A DNA stretch of 61,513 nt, filler included, from Dirinaria sp. TL-2023a (lineage: Eukaryota), in the NCBI GenBank assembly GCA_051941275.1. It is 3 parts of 3 records of this genome, joined end to end, with 100 filler letters (N's around TTAATTAATTAA, not from the genome) between each part and the next. Parts side by side here need not be neighbours in the genome. Positions count along the whole stretch, not along the records: positions 20,548 to 40,983 come from JAVEBF010000286.1; positions 41,084 to 61,513 come from JAVEBF010000288.1; 1 more part is not named here. One strand, given 5' to 3'. Position numbers and translations under genes: made by a program. The notes beneath the pieces were generated by a model. It was not told where the DNA came from, did no database searches, and worked only from the letters and a program-made list of their open reading frames with translations. How positions within the stretch are numbered: the first letter of the stretch is position 1; the number at the start of each line of letters is the position of its first letter. Shown here piece by piece: positions 39,167-50,658 of this stretch.

Positions 39167-40179
39167 TGTCGCCCAAAAGCTTGTTGGCGAGTTTTGAATG
39201 CTAGAAAGGACCACGAAAGGCTTTCAAATTTCAATGATTTCCCCACGCGTTTTTGCAATGAGCCGTTGGCTCGCGTTGAGGGGATTATATTCGAAGCTGC
39301 ATCCTCTTTGGCCTCCTGGGCTGTGCATGGATATCCCTGAGGAGACTGTCGCCGAGTTTTACCCTGCCAAAAGCCCCGTTCTCGCCCCATGCTGGCATTA
39401 ATATGGACAAGTAGGCGCTTTCGCAGTACGTGGTTGTACTACCTGCTGTCAGCTGTGAGGGATTCGAGATCATGCCATACAGGAGGTGGCTACAAAGTCG
39501 GTAGGCTTGGCGAAATTAGCCGAGGGAAAGCACGGACTGGCCCGGCCCGGGGATTTATTCTTCAGGCTCCGTGCTCATTCGCTGCTCTCGTCCCTCCAGC
39601 TTTGCCCCCTTTCCCATTGGAATGCTATACATATATATTATTAGATACACCCCGAACTTGGGATGGGAGATTGCCATTCCGGGCCCGGGAATTGGAGCAG
39701 GTGCAGTGAACAGCGAGGCAACAAGGGGGCGCAGCAAGAGAGGAGAGGTCTTGGCTCCTCAGAGAGCGCACCCCCTCGACCCGAATCGGTTACAGTTGCT
39801 CGTGTTATTTACCCAGCAGTGCTGCCTGACTCAACGTGGTTCCAATGAAAGAAAAAGGCCCACCCCCAAGAATCATTGAATGGTTTCAGCTCATCAGTCT
39901 TGAAACAAAAGGCTACTGACTAGTCATGCACGATCTCTTTCTTGCTAATTCACCGTATCTGCGATTCCTATGCAATCCATCTAATTTCAAGATAGATATT
40001 CCATGATGCTCAAGCTATCAGCAAAGTACACCGTAAAGGGTCTTGGCCATAATGCCAATAGCCCGTCATTTTTCGTTCTCCTGTTCCACCCCCGATGTTC
40101 TTCAACCTGCTCCTTAATTCCATTATGACTATTAGGCTCAATTCATTCAAGAGTCATTGTCTCAACGCGATTCTCAGCC

Positions 40180-40599
40180 TCAGGCATGTGTCACTTCGAT
40201 CGCTGGCTGATGATTCTGACTCTTCACGGCAGCGCCACTTTTTGAGCATGCTGACGTCTGCATCGGCATACCGCAATCTTGGATTGAAAAAGAATGACCA
40301 CTAAAACAGATTGACCAATGACCCGTATCAGTAAAGTCCGACGCCATTGCTGCGTACATCCGCTGTTTCTTCTCATTATCGACTGATGTATTGAAAGGCT
40401 TATCTTTTAGCATCATATGGACGTCTGAAAAATCTCTGAGTATGGTTTGAATTCGAGGCGAGTACCTTTCGCATGTTCTCCGTGTCAAAGCCACGTGTTG
40501 CTTCGCCTCTGAGAGTAATGTCTCGGACCGTTCAAGGCTTGAAGATTTGCAAGAACCTTCAATTATTGACCACTGAACAAAGAAAATTTGGTCCTTCAC
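40180..40599 (-). pseudogene. Degenerate C-terminal fragment of an NFX1/ZNFX1-type helicase (RZ-type zinc finger)
   Basis: MYAAMASDFTDTGHWSICFSGHSFSIQDCGMPMQTSACSKSGAAVKSQNH resembles the RZ finger GHWyyCxNGHPFxIGeCGMPMexARCPECGAxVGGqNH. It has lost the last Cys and several Gly/Pro residues. No intact upstream gene. Confidence 0.7.
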
Positions 40600-40983
40600 T
40601 TAGTGCATAGGTTGGACTCGGGCGATTACCTCCAATGAGGCTCTCATAAGTCTATCGCTTTTTGAAAAAGTCGATGGGAAGTATCCAAAGGTCATACCCA
40701 TATCATTTCCCACTTCTTTGTGAATTATACATATCGTGATGGATTGCTCGCGCCCTACGTGATTTAACTTATTTCTCTCAAAGAGAGGTGAAATCAAATG
40801 AATTACACTATCTTATTATTGCAACCGTTCGAAACGACTTTTTATCATATTCAATATTCGACGATTCATAACCTTTTCCCCAATGAAAAATCCTCCATCA
40901 TCTCGAGATTTCAAAAAAGAAAAAGCAAAATTCAAACCCCCTTTAAACAAGTTCGATGACCAACTTAGTTAACAGAAAAATAT

Positions 40984-41083
40984 NNNNNNNNNNNNNNNNN
41001 NNNNNNNNNNNNNNNNNNNNNNNNNNNTTAATTAATTAANNNNNNNNNNNNNNNNNNNNNNNNNNNNNNNNNNNNNNNNNNNN
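40984..41083. other. Artificial contig/scaffold spacer
   Basis: 44 N + TTAATTAATTAA + 44 N, identical in design to 20448-20547. Confidence 0.95.
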
Positions 41084-41522
41084 CACACACATGTGGTATC
41101 CAGGGGATCTGCTTCAGGGTCCAGGGTCTAGGAGATCATGTAACCTAGTCATGTGATCAGGCCCATAAGGGTCTGGTTCATGACAAGCGGAGCGTAAGAA
41201 AAGCAGAGATTCGAACACTATTTAGATCATAAAACTGCGTAATAGATAAATAGTATATACTAGTGTGAGGGAATAGATGTGAGATCCTAGGCCTCTAGAT
41301 ATCTGATAGACTGGGAGAATGACCTAGCACCAATGCATGCACCAAGAGCCTATGGAAACCGACCTGTGTAGGCTGCGTATCAATGCTAAAGGATGATGGT
41401 GATCTAGATACAAATGCCAATGCTCCATATACCGGCGGAGAGCCGCCCACACGTGACCTCTAGCCCCCTGTCCAGCCCGCCATTGCCCTATGACCAGGGC
41501 CTGCGAGGTACACTCGCCCACA
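41084..41522 (-). mobile_element. Probable nested LTR remnants at the contig edge
   Basis: Two TG..CA-type termini read on the minus strand: TGTCATGAACC..ATCACATGAC from 41185 and TGTGGGCGAG..GGTCACGTG from 41522. The second abuts P450 coding sequence, which begins mid-protein at 41523. No partner LTR or internal domain is visible. Confidence 0.4.
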
Positions 41523-44324
41523 CTGCTTGTCGGCAACCGGATTGTCTCGGTAATTAGCGACGTTTTGGGGGAAAGACATTTTACTAGATTCTCGATTCGT
41601 GGATAGATCTTCTTTGATAATCATAGAGCTGTTCTAGAGTTGGGTGATCATTTTGCCTTCGTAACACCGCGTCGGATCTGATTCTATGTGTGCAGCGCGG
41701 ACACTCTGAATGAGATTATTCGACGTAGCAACGAATTCCCGAGGCCGCTTGAGCTCTACGATGAGTTCCGCAACTTGTTTCGTAATTTTTTTTTTTTTTT
41801 TTGTTTTGAATTTCTTACTCGATTCAACACCCACGAGGGGCCTATGCGAGATCTATATACTTGTATCGGCGCTGCGTTGGCGCGGCGACCGACTCTATCT
41901 TTATTACATGTAGTTTTCTCTATCCGTAATACTAGGAAATCCTTCATGCGAGGACTCTATGAGTCTAGTGATCTGAAGGAAGAGCAGTCGCCTGGAACTG
42001 ACTGAGTAGACCAGTGGACAAAATCATTCGTATCGCCGCTGTGACATCAGCGACGCTATCGAGCAGCTTTCTCACATTTGTGCTGTAGTTCGTTCTTCGT
42101 TGCATGTCTAGTTTCTTCTGTCTTCAAGTAGAAGACATTAGTAGCACATTTCTGACTGTGATGCGATCTTGTTCGCAGTCACAGATCTCTGTAGTCACCT
42201 CAGAGACACGTCGTTTGCTCAGAAATTGATTGAAGTTTATCTTACTCGTTCTCAGCTGTGTAAGCAACGCACTGTGTGACTTCGCTCGTTCATCGTGGAG
42301 TTGTATATGACGTCGAGTTACCGCAGACGTCAACGCGCGATAATGAGCTTCATTGGTGCCTTCTTTCCACTTTCTTCGCCATTCCGCGCGAGCTTGTTCT
42401 TGAACTAACGCCGCTCTAGCGACAGGTTCGCACGTCAGTTGATTGGGCAGCGAATATTTGTGTGCCTCACTGACTACTCTATCCGCTTTTTCGTTACCTT
42501 TTATTTCTTTGTGGCCGGGTACTCAGTGAAGTTCCAATGAAGCTCCTTTTCTTCGTATCGCTTCACACGCGCTCTGTATGCGCCGCAGACGTTGTTGATC
42601 TGCCGTCGAGATCATTGTGTTTACTACCCTTAGTGATGCCTGACTATCTGAGTAAATCCTATAAATTTTGCCCTCGCAGTTATCACTTCTTTCGCAGTGA
42701 GCTGCCAGTTGCTCAGCGCCGATAGTAAGTCCCTCGAGCTCTCCATGATGTGGTAATGCTATATCGATTCCTCCAAGACGTCTTCCCTGTTCCCAGTTTG
42801 CGCCGACTGCGGCTGCGGTCACATCACTATCTTGACCACTTCCGTCCGAGTAGACTCGCCAGTATGGGTTTGATTTGTCCGCATTGTGATGTTTCCTAAT
42901 TTGTGGACAAATTTAATCTCAATAGAGTAGCTGCATTCCTGACGAGTATGCCGCGTAGGTTGAAGGCTCAGAATGACAGCGTCAGCGAAAACTTACCAGT
43001 GGGCCCTTCAACGACGAACACTATAAACTTGTCTGAATCGAGTCGATTCGTCAAGCCAGCGAAGCGCTTATGTGCTGGCTATGGAAGGAGCATCCAGTGA
43101 CAGATACGGTGAAAGACGTCAGAGCACTCTCACTGCATGTCCTTTCCAGCGCCGGTTTCGGAAAGTTCTATCATTTCCAAAAAGGCGGTGAACAATCAAA
43201 ACCCGGCCATGTTTTCAATTACAGAGACGCTCTTGCTTGTATCTTAGACAACATCATGATTATCTTTGTAGTCGGTCCTGGAACACTCAAGAGCCGTTTT
43301 CTACCTAGGCCTTTGTCCAAGATTGGTCATGCAATGTTAGACTTCCAAGCCTACTTGAAAGATATCTACGATGAAGAGGTTTGCTCTATGTTCGAAGAAA
43401 GACAAGCGTCAGTCAATATAATGGCTTCGCTAGTCCGCTCCACGACACTAACAGATGACGACGCGAGTTTCGGGGAATCCGCAAAAATGTCGCCCACAAA
43501 AAGTGCTCCTAGGGGTCTTTCTGAGTCTGACATATATGGTAATGCGTTTGTATACAACTTTGCTGATCATGACACGACGGCGATTACACTGAGCTGGGCC
43601 ATCTACCTTCTTGCTGCAAATCCTGAAGTGCAGGAATGGATCGGTGAAGAGATAAGAGCAGTATGGAAACCCGACGAGGCAGCGATCAATGAGTATCGCG
43701 AGGGTTTTCCTAAGATGAAACGCTGTTTGGCTATCATGGTATGTCTAGCACAGCTGAAATTAGGCCTCAGGGATCTTTAAGTGATACATTTACTCACTTG
43801 GAGTATTTCAGCTTGAGGTTCTTCGGCTTTGTAATCCACTGCCAGGTATCATGAAATCAACCAACGAGAAGATCCTTGATATAAACATTGGGGTACAGAC
43901 AATAACGATACCAGCGGGCGTTCGAGTCATTCTGCACACCTGTGCAATCCATACAGATCCCAGATACTGGGGCTCTAGCTCCCTCGAATGGCAATCACAG
44001 CGGTGGATTGCCACGGCGAGCAAGAGTACTTCCAGTTGGGAGGGCGAAACTCTGATTGATCCGCCTCAGGGTATTTACGCGCCATGGTCTGGAGGCCCTC
44101 GAATATGCCTAGGAAAGAAGTTCGGGCAAGTGGAGTTCGTAGCGGTTATGGCTACTCTCTTTAAAGATTATAGAGTGGAGCCGATTCCCAGACTGTCCGA
44201 GACCCTACAAAGTGCTAGAGCGAGAACACTAGCCGCAGCCAAAGACAATGAAATCGTACTCTTGCTTCACATGTCAAAGCCAGAGAGTGTGAGTCTTGAA
44301 TGGGTCAAGGAAAGCTCCAAGTAG
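41523..44324 (+). pseudogene. Cytochrome P450 pseudogene, split by a LINE and carrying multiple nonsense mutations
   Basis: 5' part 41523-41760 (HFTRFSIRG*IFF..ELGDHFAFVTPRRI*FYV..EFPRPLELY). 3' part 42959-44324 (VEGSE*QRQRKLTSGPFN..LV*IES; FADHDTTA I-helix; EVLR; WSGGPRICLG heme motif). Stops at 41604, 41679, 42974 and 43034 fall at Trp-like positions. Splice donor mutated to ATGAGT at 41761. Confidence 0.88.
41786..42889 (-). mobile_element. 5'-truncated non-LTR retrotransposon (Tad1-like LINE): RNase H, degenerate zinc knuckle, 3' UTR, poly(A)
   Basis: RVYSDGS..HGELEGL..IYSDSQASL..LELH*VPGHKEIKGNEKAD (RNase H), LLTQLRTSKI, CDCEQDRITVRNVLL, stop at ~41965. Poly(T) on the + strand at 41786-41802. 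Candidate TSD TGTTTC(G/C)TAATTT at 41776-41788 and 42890-42902. Confidence 0.88.
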
Positions 44325-44593
44325 CACGACATCGCAGCGATGAAGTCATAAGTGAATTAGAGATAGATTAAAGCTATTTCGACGTCGCTAATTTGAAGTC
44401 TGAAGACGTAATTAGATACTGAGATAAGATGGCTCAGGAAGTAGTGACTATGATTTAACACTAGATCATGCTTGTTTAGTCATGATTTCTCTAGAATTGT
44501 TTCGTGAGTTCTCAACTGAGTTATTAGCAAGAGCTAAAGTCGCTTAGAATGATCGATCATTGCTTCTCTTTGATGAGTCTTGCAGTACATATT

Positions 44594-47500
44594 TTACTCT
44601 AGTCTCGTAGCAAACCTGTTCAATACTGAATCATCTGCAAAGAACCTCGTCACTTCATCGGGCTCACACAAAACAAACTCACAGCTTCCATCCAGCAAGC
44701 GAGGCAGAACCACAGGCACCGAGGGTAAATTGCCTTGCGACGGGACCCTGAAAGCCGCTATTCTATCCAGCGTATCACCGAAGTCGATATCATACGTCTC
44801 GAAGCCGAACCAACTGGTAAAGAACACGGCACTCGTCTGAAAATTATCCAGAACGCCCAGACGAATTGGTGCGTGCAAGTGGTTCTTGTCCACCATAGCG
44901 AGAAAATCGCGGAATTTGTTTCCCGTCAGATTCTTGAGTTCAGTGCGCATTGCGAGTGCCGCGGCTTGAAGGCCCGGCACTCTTGCAGCCTCCGATCCTG
45001 ATATCTGTGGATTGGTTGCGGCAGCACTGTCATTGCTAGACACTAATTCAGCGAAGGGCAAAGTAGCGTGAGCCGCGAACACCACGTTTCCCAAGTAAGA
45101 ATCCGCAAGGCCAAGACGTTTGCGGCAGTTCACCGACTGAACGAAGTGCGTGGACGACTCGTCTTCAGAGAATAGGCCGGCACAACGACGAGCGCGGAAA
45201 ACACTTCGCCAGATGAGCGCTACGATAGCGTCATGTGTTGATATACGAGTACGATCGACAAAATTGGCCTCCCTGTTCTCGCGACCTGGCGTCGGCGTGG
45301 CGGCATGTTTCAAGTCGGCAAGCGTACTGCTGCTGATGCGGAAAGTCGTGCAGCTGGTCCTTTTCAAGACAGTTCGCTTCGATAGACCAATATACCAGCT
45401 TGGATGATTGTCTACATTTCCAAGCATACCTTTCCCGAAGACAAGAGTACTTCGATCGTAGAAACACCTGGGTTTTGATGTTTCGCCGACATCTTGCTGT
45501 GTCTTTTGAGCTTTCCGTAAGTTCTTTGCAAAATACTTGATAATCTCATGAATTCCATGTCCATCACACACTGCGTGAATTACGGTCACAGCTAGAAGCA
45601 GGCAGTCGTCGACAAATGTGGCTCGGAAGCGGCAGATGTCGCTTGGATTTCGATCATTGGCCCCGTTCTCGAACAATGGGCAAAGCTGCTCACCATCTAA
45701 AAGCTGGGTAGGAAACCCTTTTTCGTGGAGACCCCTGTACTTGACATTTTGCACACGTCTCACTTCAAGAAGAGCAGGCCCCTGGCGATAGAGGTTCGAC
45801 AGCCATGGTTTGTCTTGGGAATATGGTGCTACTGTCCCCGCTAGAAAGGGGTGTTCTTGTATCGTTGACCTGAAAGCCTTCAGAAGCGATTGCGTTATCA
45901 GCTGCATTTGGTCGTTACTGCCATCTGATAGAGAAAAACACAGTATCCTCCTTGAACAGCTGGTTCCCCGACACATATCCCATGAAGACAGTCGTAAGTC
46001 ATGAGATAAACTCGGGATCGCGAACGATCTCTCCGTCTGTATGCCCTGGGTGACGAAGATTATTCCCAGTATCTCGAGAGCCTCGCTGACACTCTTGGTC
46101 CAGTTTTCCCGCTTACACAGCCACTCAGCACATCGTTTCATTCCATCCACCGCCCTTGTTGCCTCATCGTGGCTCAGATGGCAATCGTCGTAACGCAATC
46201 TCATACCTCCCTCTTCTGGACCCAGAAGTCCGCAATCCCATATTGTATTTACGTCGGAATGGGTCCGGTGCTGTATAACCTTGAAGGCCTGATCATCGAC
46301 ACCACTAGGATCGAGAATTCCCTCTAACGTTCCGTTCCAGTCAAAACATTGTCCCCTCAAGGCCTCGGCAAATGCGGCAGCGTCTGATGCGTCTAGAGAC
46401 TCTTTAAGTTGGCTATGTGGTGCTTGAGCATGCTGCGTGAGAAGTTGCTGGTCCCTTTTAAGGTTCTGAAGAAATGATATCATGAGTTCGGTAGGTGATG
46501 GTTTGATTCGATTTACCACGAGCGAGAATGTGGGGCCCGCTATTGAGACAGAATCTGGAAGATGACTATTTGTAACTAAAATGGTATGATCAGCTACAAG
46601 TTCTATGGTAGAATGCGATATTCTGCCCTTTATTCTCAGTTCCGGAACGTCCAATTGTCATGCCCTAAGCGTAAGACTGAAGCGGGGGCACGATGATGGA
46701 AGCAAAGACTTACAGCTATTCAGGAACGGCCACTGGCGGGCAGCCTGGAAATTTTGGAACACAGCAGTGTCTTGTCCTGTGATCAGCATGTTGAATAAGG
46801 CAAGTCCAGCTTTAACTACAATGTCTGCCGAGATTCCATATTCTGTCTTTAGCATCTGAATCCCTGTTAGATTGATTTTAGTTGAGACGCCTTGGATACC
46901 CATGCCGCGGTTGGGGTTGCGTTGCCTGCGCTCACTCGTATACCCTGGCTTTCCGTCTAGGTGCTTCCAGCCTTCGTCGTCGCCGATGAAGTAGCCAGGT
47001 GTTTTCGGCGTTGGCCAAAAGCAGGGCTTTAATTCCGCGAGTCCTTTGAGTCGATCTCGATGAAAATTGACGGAGAGCTCTGCAAGAAGGCAATTACGCT
47101 GGCAATAGTAAATGTCGGCAAAGTGTTTGTAAGAAACGCTGAAGCTTCGCAAGGCCGAGGGATCGAGAAGAAGCCGGCTGACGTCTTGCAGCCATGCTGA
47201 CAGAGAAAAGGCATCATAAATAGCGTGATGAATCCTAATTGTTGCACCGATCTTTCCAGTGCTCTTCACTCTGACGATACCAACGCGAAAGAGCGGACTT
47301 TGAGGAAATCCCGATTGGAACGCTGGTGGCGATGTGTTGGCGAGGTGATCAGTGTTGTCTATCTCAATAGCTGTGTCAATCAAAAGTGACATCCATTTCG
47401 GAGTCGGGCGAATGCAGAGGAATAGCCGAGTTCTCGAGTCAAACTCAAGTGACATAGATCGAAGTAGTGGCCAGGCACGCAAAGATTTTTCAATCGCGTT

Positions 47501-49823
47501 ACGAAACATCGTCGGCTCGGTTAACTCGCTTACTAGCGAGATGTGAACATTCCATGACTGCAGTCGAGAGTTACCGAGAAGATGGTGCTGGTAATCGGGC
47601 ATTGGTATTACAGCTTCCACATCGGTATCCCAATCAAGGTGAAAATGGCTAAGAAGCGGTGCTGCAAGGATTTTGGTCCGTTGTACGCGGCGATTATCTC
47701 CATGGGCATGTACCATATCAACAGGGTCTGGAGTCCCCACATCCAATGGTCTAGATGCCGGCCTAGCCATCGTTGATTCAAGGTTTTCGAAGTGTTCGGC
47801 CTGTTCTCGAATGGTGCGAAGACATAGTAATTGCGGAAGATCAATGCTCCTACCATATTGTCTTTTTACTAAGCCCTGGAACCTAAGGACCTCGAGGCTA
47901 TCAGCTTTATCAATGATGTCGGGCGTAGCCAGTAAATCCTTGATTGGCTCAAGTAATAGGTGAGACCATATTGTAGCAAATGACATCTCAATCGAAGCCT
48001 TATCTGAGTTTAGTTGGTTGTTTACACGCTGCAGATGGCCTTTTATTAAAGTCCGAAGGGTGTCCTTTTTGACTTTCCCACTATTCGTCTTTGGAATGTT
48101 AGTAAGACCTAGCTCGTCAAAAGTCAGAATGGCTTCAGGCGCAAAAGCAGAGCCAAGTTCCCTCGCTATGTGCCTTCTCAATTCTTTGTCATCAGGCTGG
48201 CATCCAAAGCTCATCTGTACGATCGCGACTGGAACCTCCCCCGCAACAGCATCGGCTATCCCAATGACATGGACTTCCTATGAGCGCAGACAGTCAGTTG
48301 GAGCTAAATGGGGTTGTAATCACAGATCTGTTCCTTACGCGTATCGCGGAGATCTTCTTTAGCTGGAACTCTATCGCTGCTGGTGCTATATTTTCCCCGC
48401 CACGTATTATCAAATCTTTGTATCTGCCCAGGATGAATGCGTTCTCTGCATCGTCCAGCAAGGCTTGGTCGCCGGTAGCCATCCAGTTACATCCGTCGTC
48501 GTCGACATAGAATTGGTCATCAGCTAAGCCTAAGTAAGATGTGATAACCCGAGGACCGCCTATATGGAGTTCTCCAATGTCTCCTCTACGAAGGGTCTCC
48601 CTAGTATCAGGATCACATATTTTGACTGTCGCGTTTGGCTGAACGCGGCCCACACTAGCGAAACCGTTGTAGAGGGTCAGTGGTCTGTCAGCGCTTGTCG
48701 CGAAGATACCTGAGGCTTCACTCATGCCAAAACCCCCATATACAATTTTGGCACCCAAGATAGACGGGTTCTTGCAGGCTTCAAGCATCTCTGGAGAGAC
48801 AGTCGCACCGCCAACGAGAACTGCGAGAGGAGAGACTGTGTTGTGCGAAGGATCGGGGAGATCAAGAAGGGTCTGGATCATGGTCGGTACCGCGGCTAGA
48901 AAGGTGACTGCTTCCTCTGCTATAACCTTCCTGATTGCTTTTGGTTCCAATTGGCCACTGGGCATGACCACCTTAGCTCCGCTTCGCCAACACCGGATTG
49001 AAACATCAACACCCATCTGATGAAAAGTAGGCGAAAGAACAAGGGCAGTAGGAGGGCTGGACGCAACAGGACTCGATCCGGTAAAAGGACTGTTATGAGA
49101 CAAGCTTAGCGTGGTATGAGGACAACCTTTTGGGGAATTTGTCGTGCCGCTAGTGAATATTATCAACTCGACATCATCTTCTCTATCTTCGTTCTCTAGG
49201 TCAACCGCTTGGTCCATAAGTTCTGTAACTCCCATAGTCTTGATAATTCTACTAAGTGACGTCCAACTCTGGCCAATGGCACCCTCGAGTTCTTCTACTG
49301 CAACACGGGCCTTAATATTTCTGTCTTGCTCGCGGCAAACATAGTCAACTTCTTGCGCTGTTATAGTATCATGAACTAGGATCGCAGCTGGGTTCACAAC
49401 CGAGAGATAATGCTTCAAATCTTGCCTTCGTTTGGCACTGCGCCAGTCAAGAGGAACAAAAGTAGCTCTAAGCAACGCAGCTGCCCACAGCGCCAGGGCA
49501 AATCCAGCCTCGTTACCTAAGAAGGTGATGATGCAATCCTGCCGAGTAACGCCTTGCCGCTGAAGCCAGGTAGCAAAAGCTCTCGATTTTGTGTAGAGCT
49601 GGCTGTAGGTCCAGCGAAGCCCATCAAGGGCCGCGTTGTTGTCGTTATTGCAATTAGATCCCTCACCAGTGTATCCAAATGGAGGAAGGCAAACCAGAGC
49701 TTCTTGGTCGCCACGAAGCTTGACCGACTGGCGGAATTGAGTCTGTAGACTCGAACATTCTACCTTTTCCTTGGCCCCTTTGATAAGAGCAATATCTTTA
49801 GCCAAACTCGACGTTGAGACCAT
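44594..49823 (-). CDS. NRPS-like protein A-T-C fused to a C-terminal BAHD/Tri101-type acyltransferase (~1,676 aa, 3 exons)
   Basis: A domain of acyl-CoA-ligase type: FTSGTTNSPKG, GFGMSE, GELHIGG, TGD, GRYKDLIIRGGENI. T domain ADSL. C domain HHAIYDA. Transferase HPFLAG, HAVCDGHG, YLGNVV, DIDFG. GT-AG introns 48278-48338 (phase 0) and 46576-46713 (phase 1) keep one frame to the stop at 44594. Confidence 0.85.
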
Positions 49824-50658
49824 GTTTGCAGTGGTTGGGTCCAAAAAGATGAGATCAACTTGTTGATAGTTGGGCTAAGAAAAATCGTGCTCTACTGCTG
49901 GAATACTTCGAGACGTGGATCTTAGCATTGAGGACGTATAGGTACTGGGGACTTAGGTGGCCCGAAGGTACCTAGTTTGTCATGATTCAACCAGAGGACT
50001 ATTTCTTTCGGCGCTAAATGCGTAGTTGCCTATAAGCTGATAAGACGACGTTTGCATCCCATCATGCCGTAGCTTATGCCGGTAGTTCTTGCTCTTGAGT
50101 CTTAGTGCAAAGGTGGCGTGAGATTCGGTCGTTTGACCTCAGAAGACTTGCAGACATGATCTAATTGCGCCGATTAAGTCCGCGGACGTTGAATCACCGA
50201 AGGTATCATTTCCTAGAGCAGTAAAAGGTCGTGTTTACATACCGATATTAGGCGTAACTTAAACGATCGTCCGCAACAAAGGATGATAGCATGCTGTCGA
50301 CCCATACACTAGATTTATTGGCTAGGAACTAAGCGTTCTAAAGTTAGTTTGCTATGTAACGGTCATACTCGGATTCGCCGCCCACAGGGAAGGTGACGTG
50401 GAGGGCAAAGATAGCTCAGCACTGGGTTATGGATCCACAAGACTTGCAGATATGGTTTGTGAATGCGAAGTAAGTCCCCGAATGTACAGAGGCCAGAATT
50501 AGGCTGGTCTAGAGCAGTAGCAGCCCTGACTCCAGCCTTCGTGGTTGCGTCTAGTATAAGCGATGATAGACAGAAAAAAATAATCGATGGAGCGATCCAC
50601 CCATCTACTAGGTCCATTGGTTGACCTTTCATCCAATCTTAAGCCCTAAAATTCTATT

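Noticed and set aside
43070..44324. ORFs 43070-43780 and 43851-44324 as a functional P450
   Set aside because: No membrane anchor or N-terminal third, upstream in-frame stops, and mutated I-helix and PxRW motifs.
44594..46654. 686-aa ORF as an independent acyltransferase gene
   Set aside because: It starts at TTG inside a predicted intron, and its first ~190 aa are the second half of the C domain. A phase-compatible intron links it to the upstream exon.
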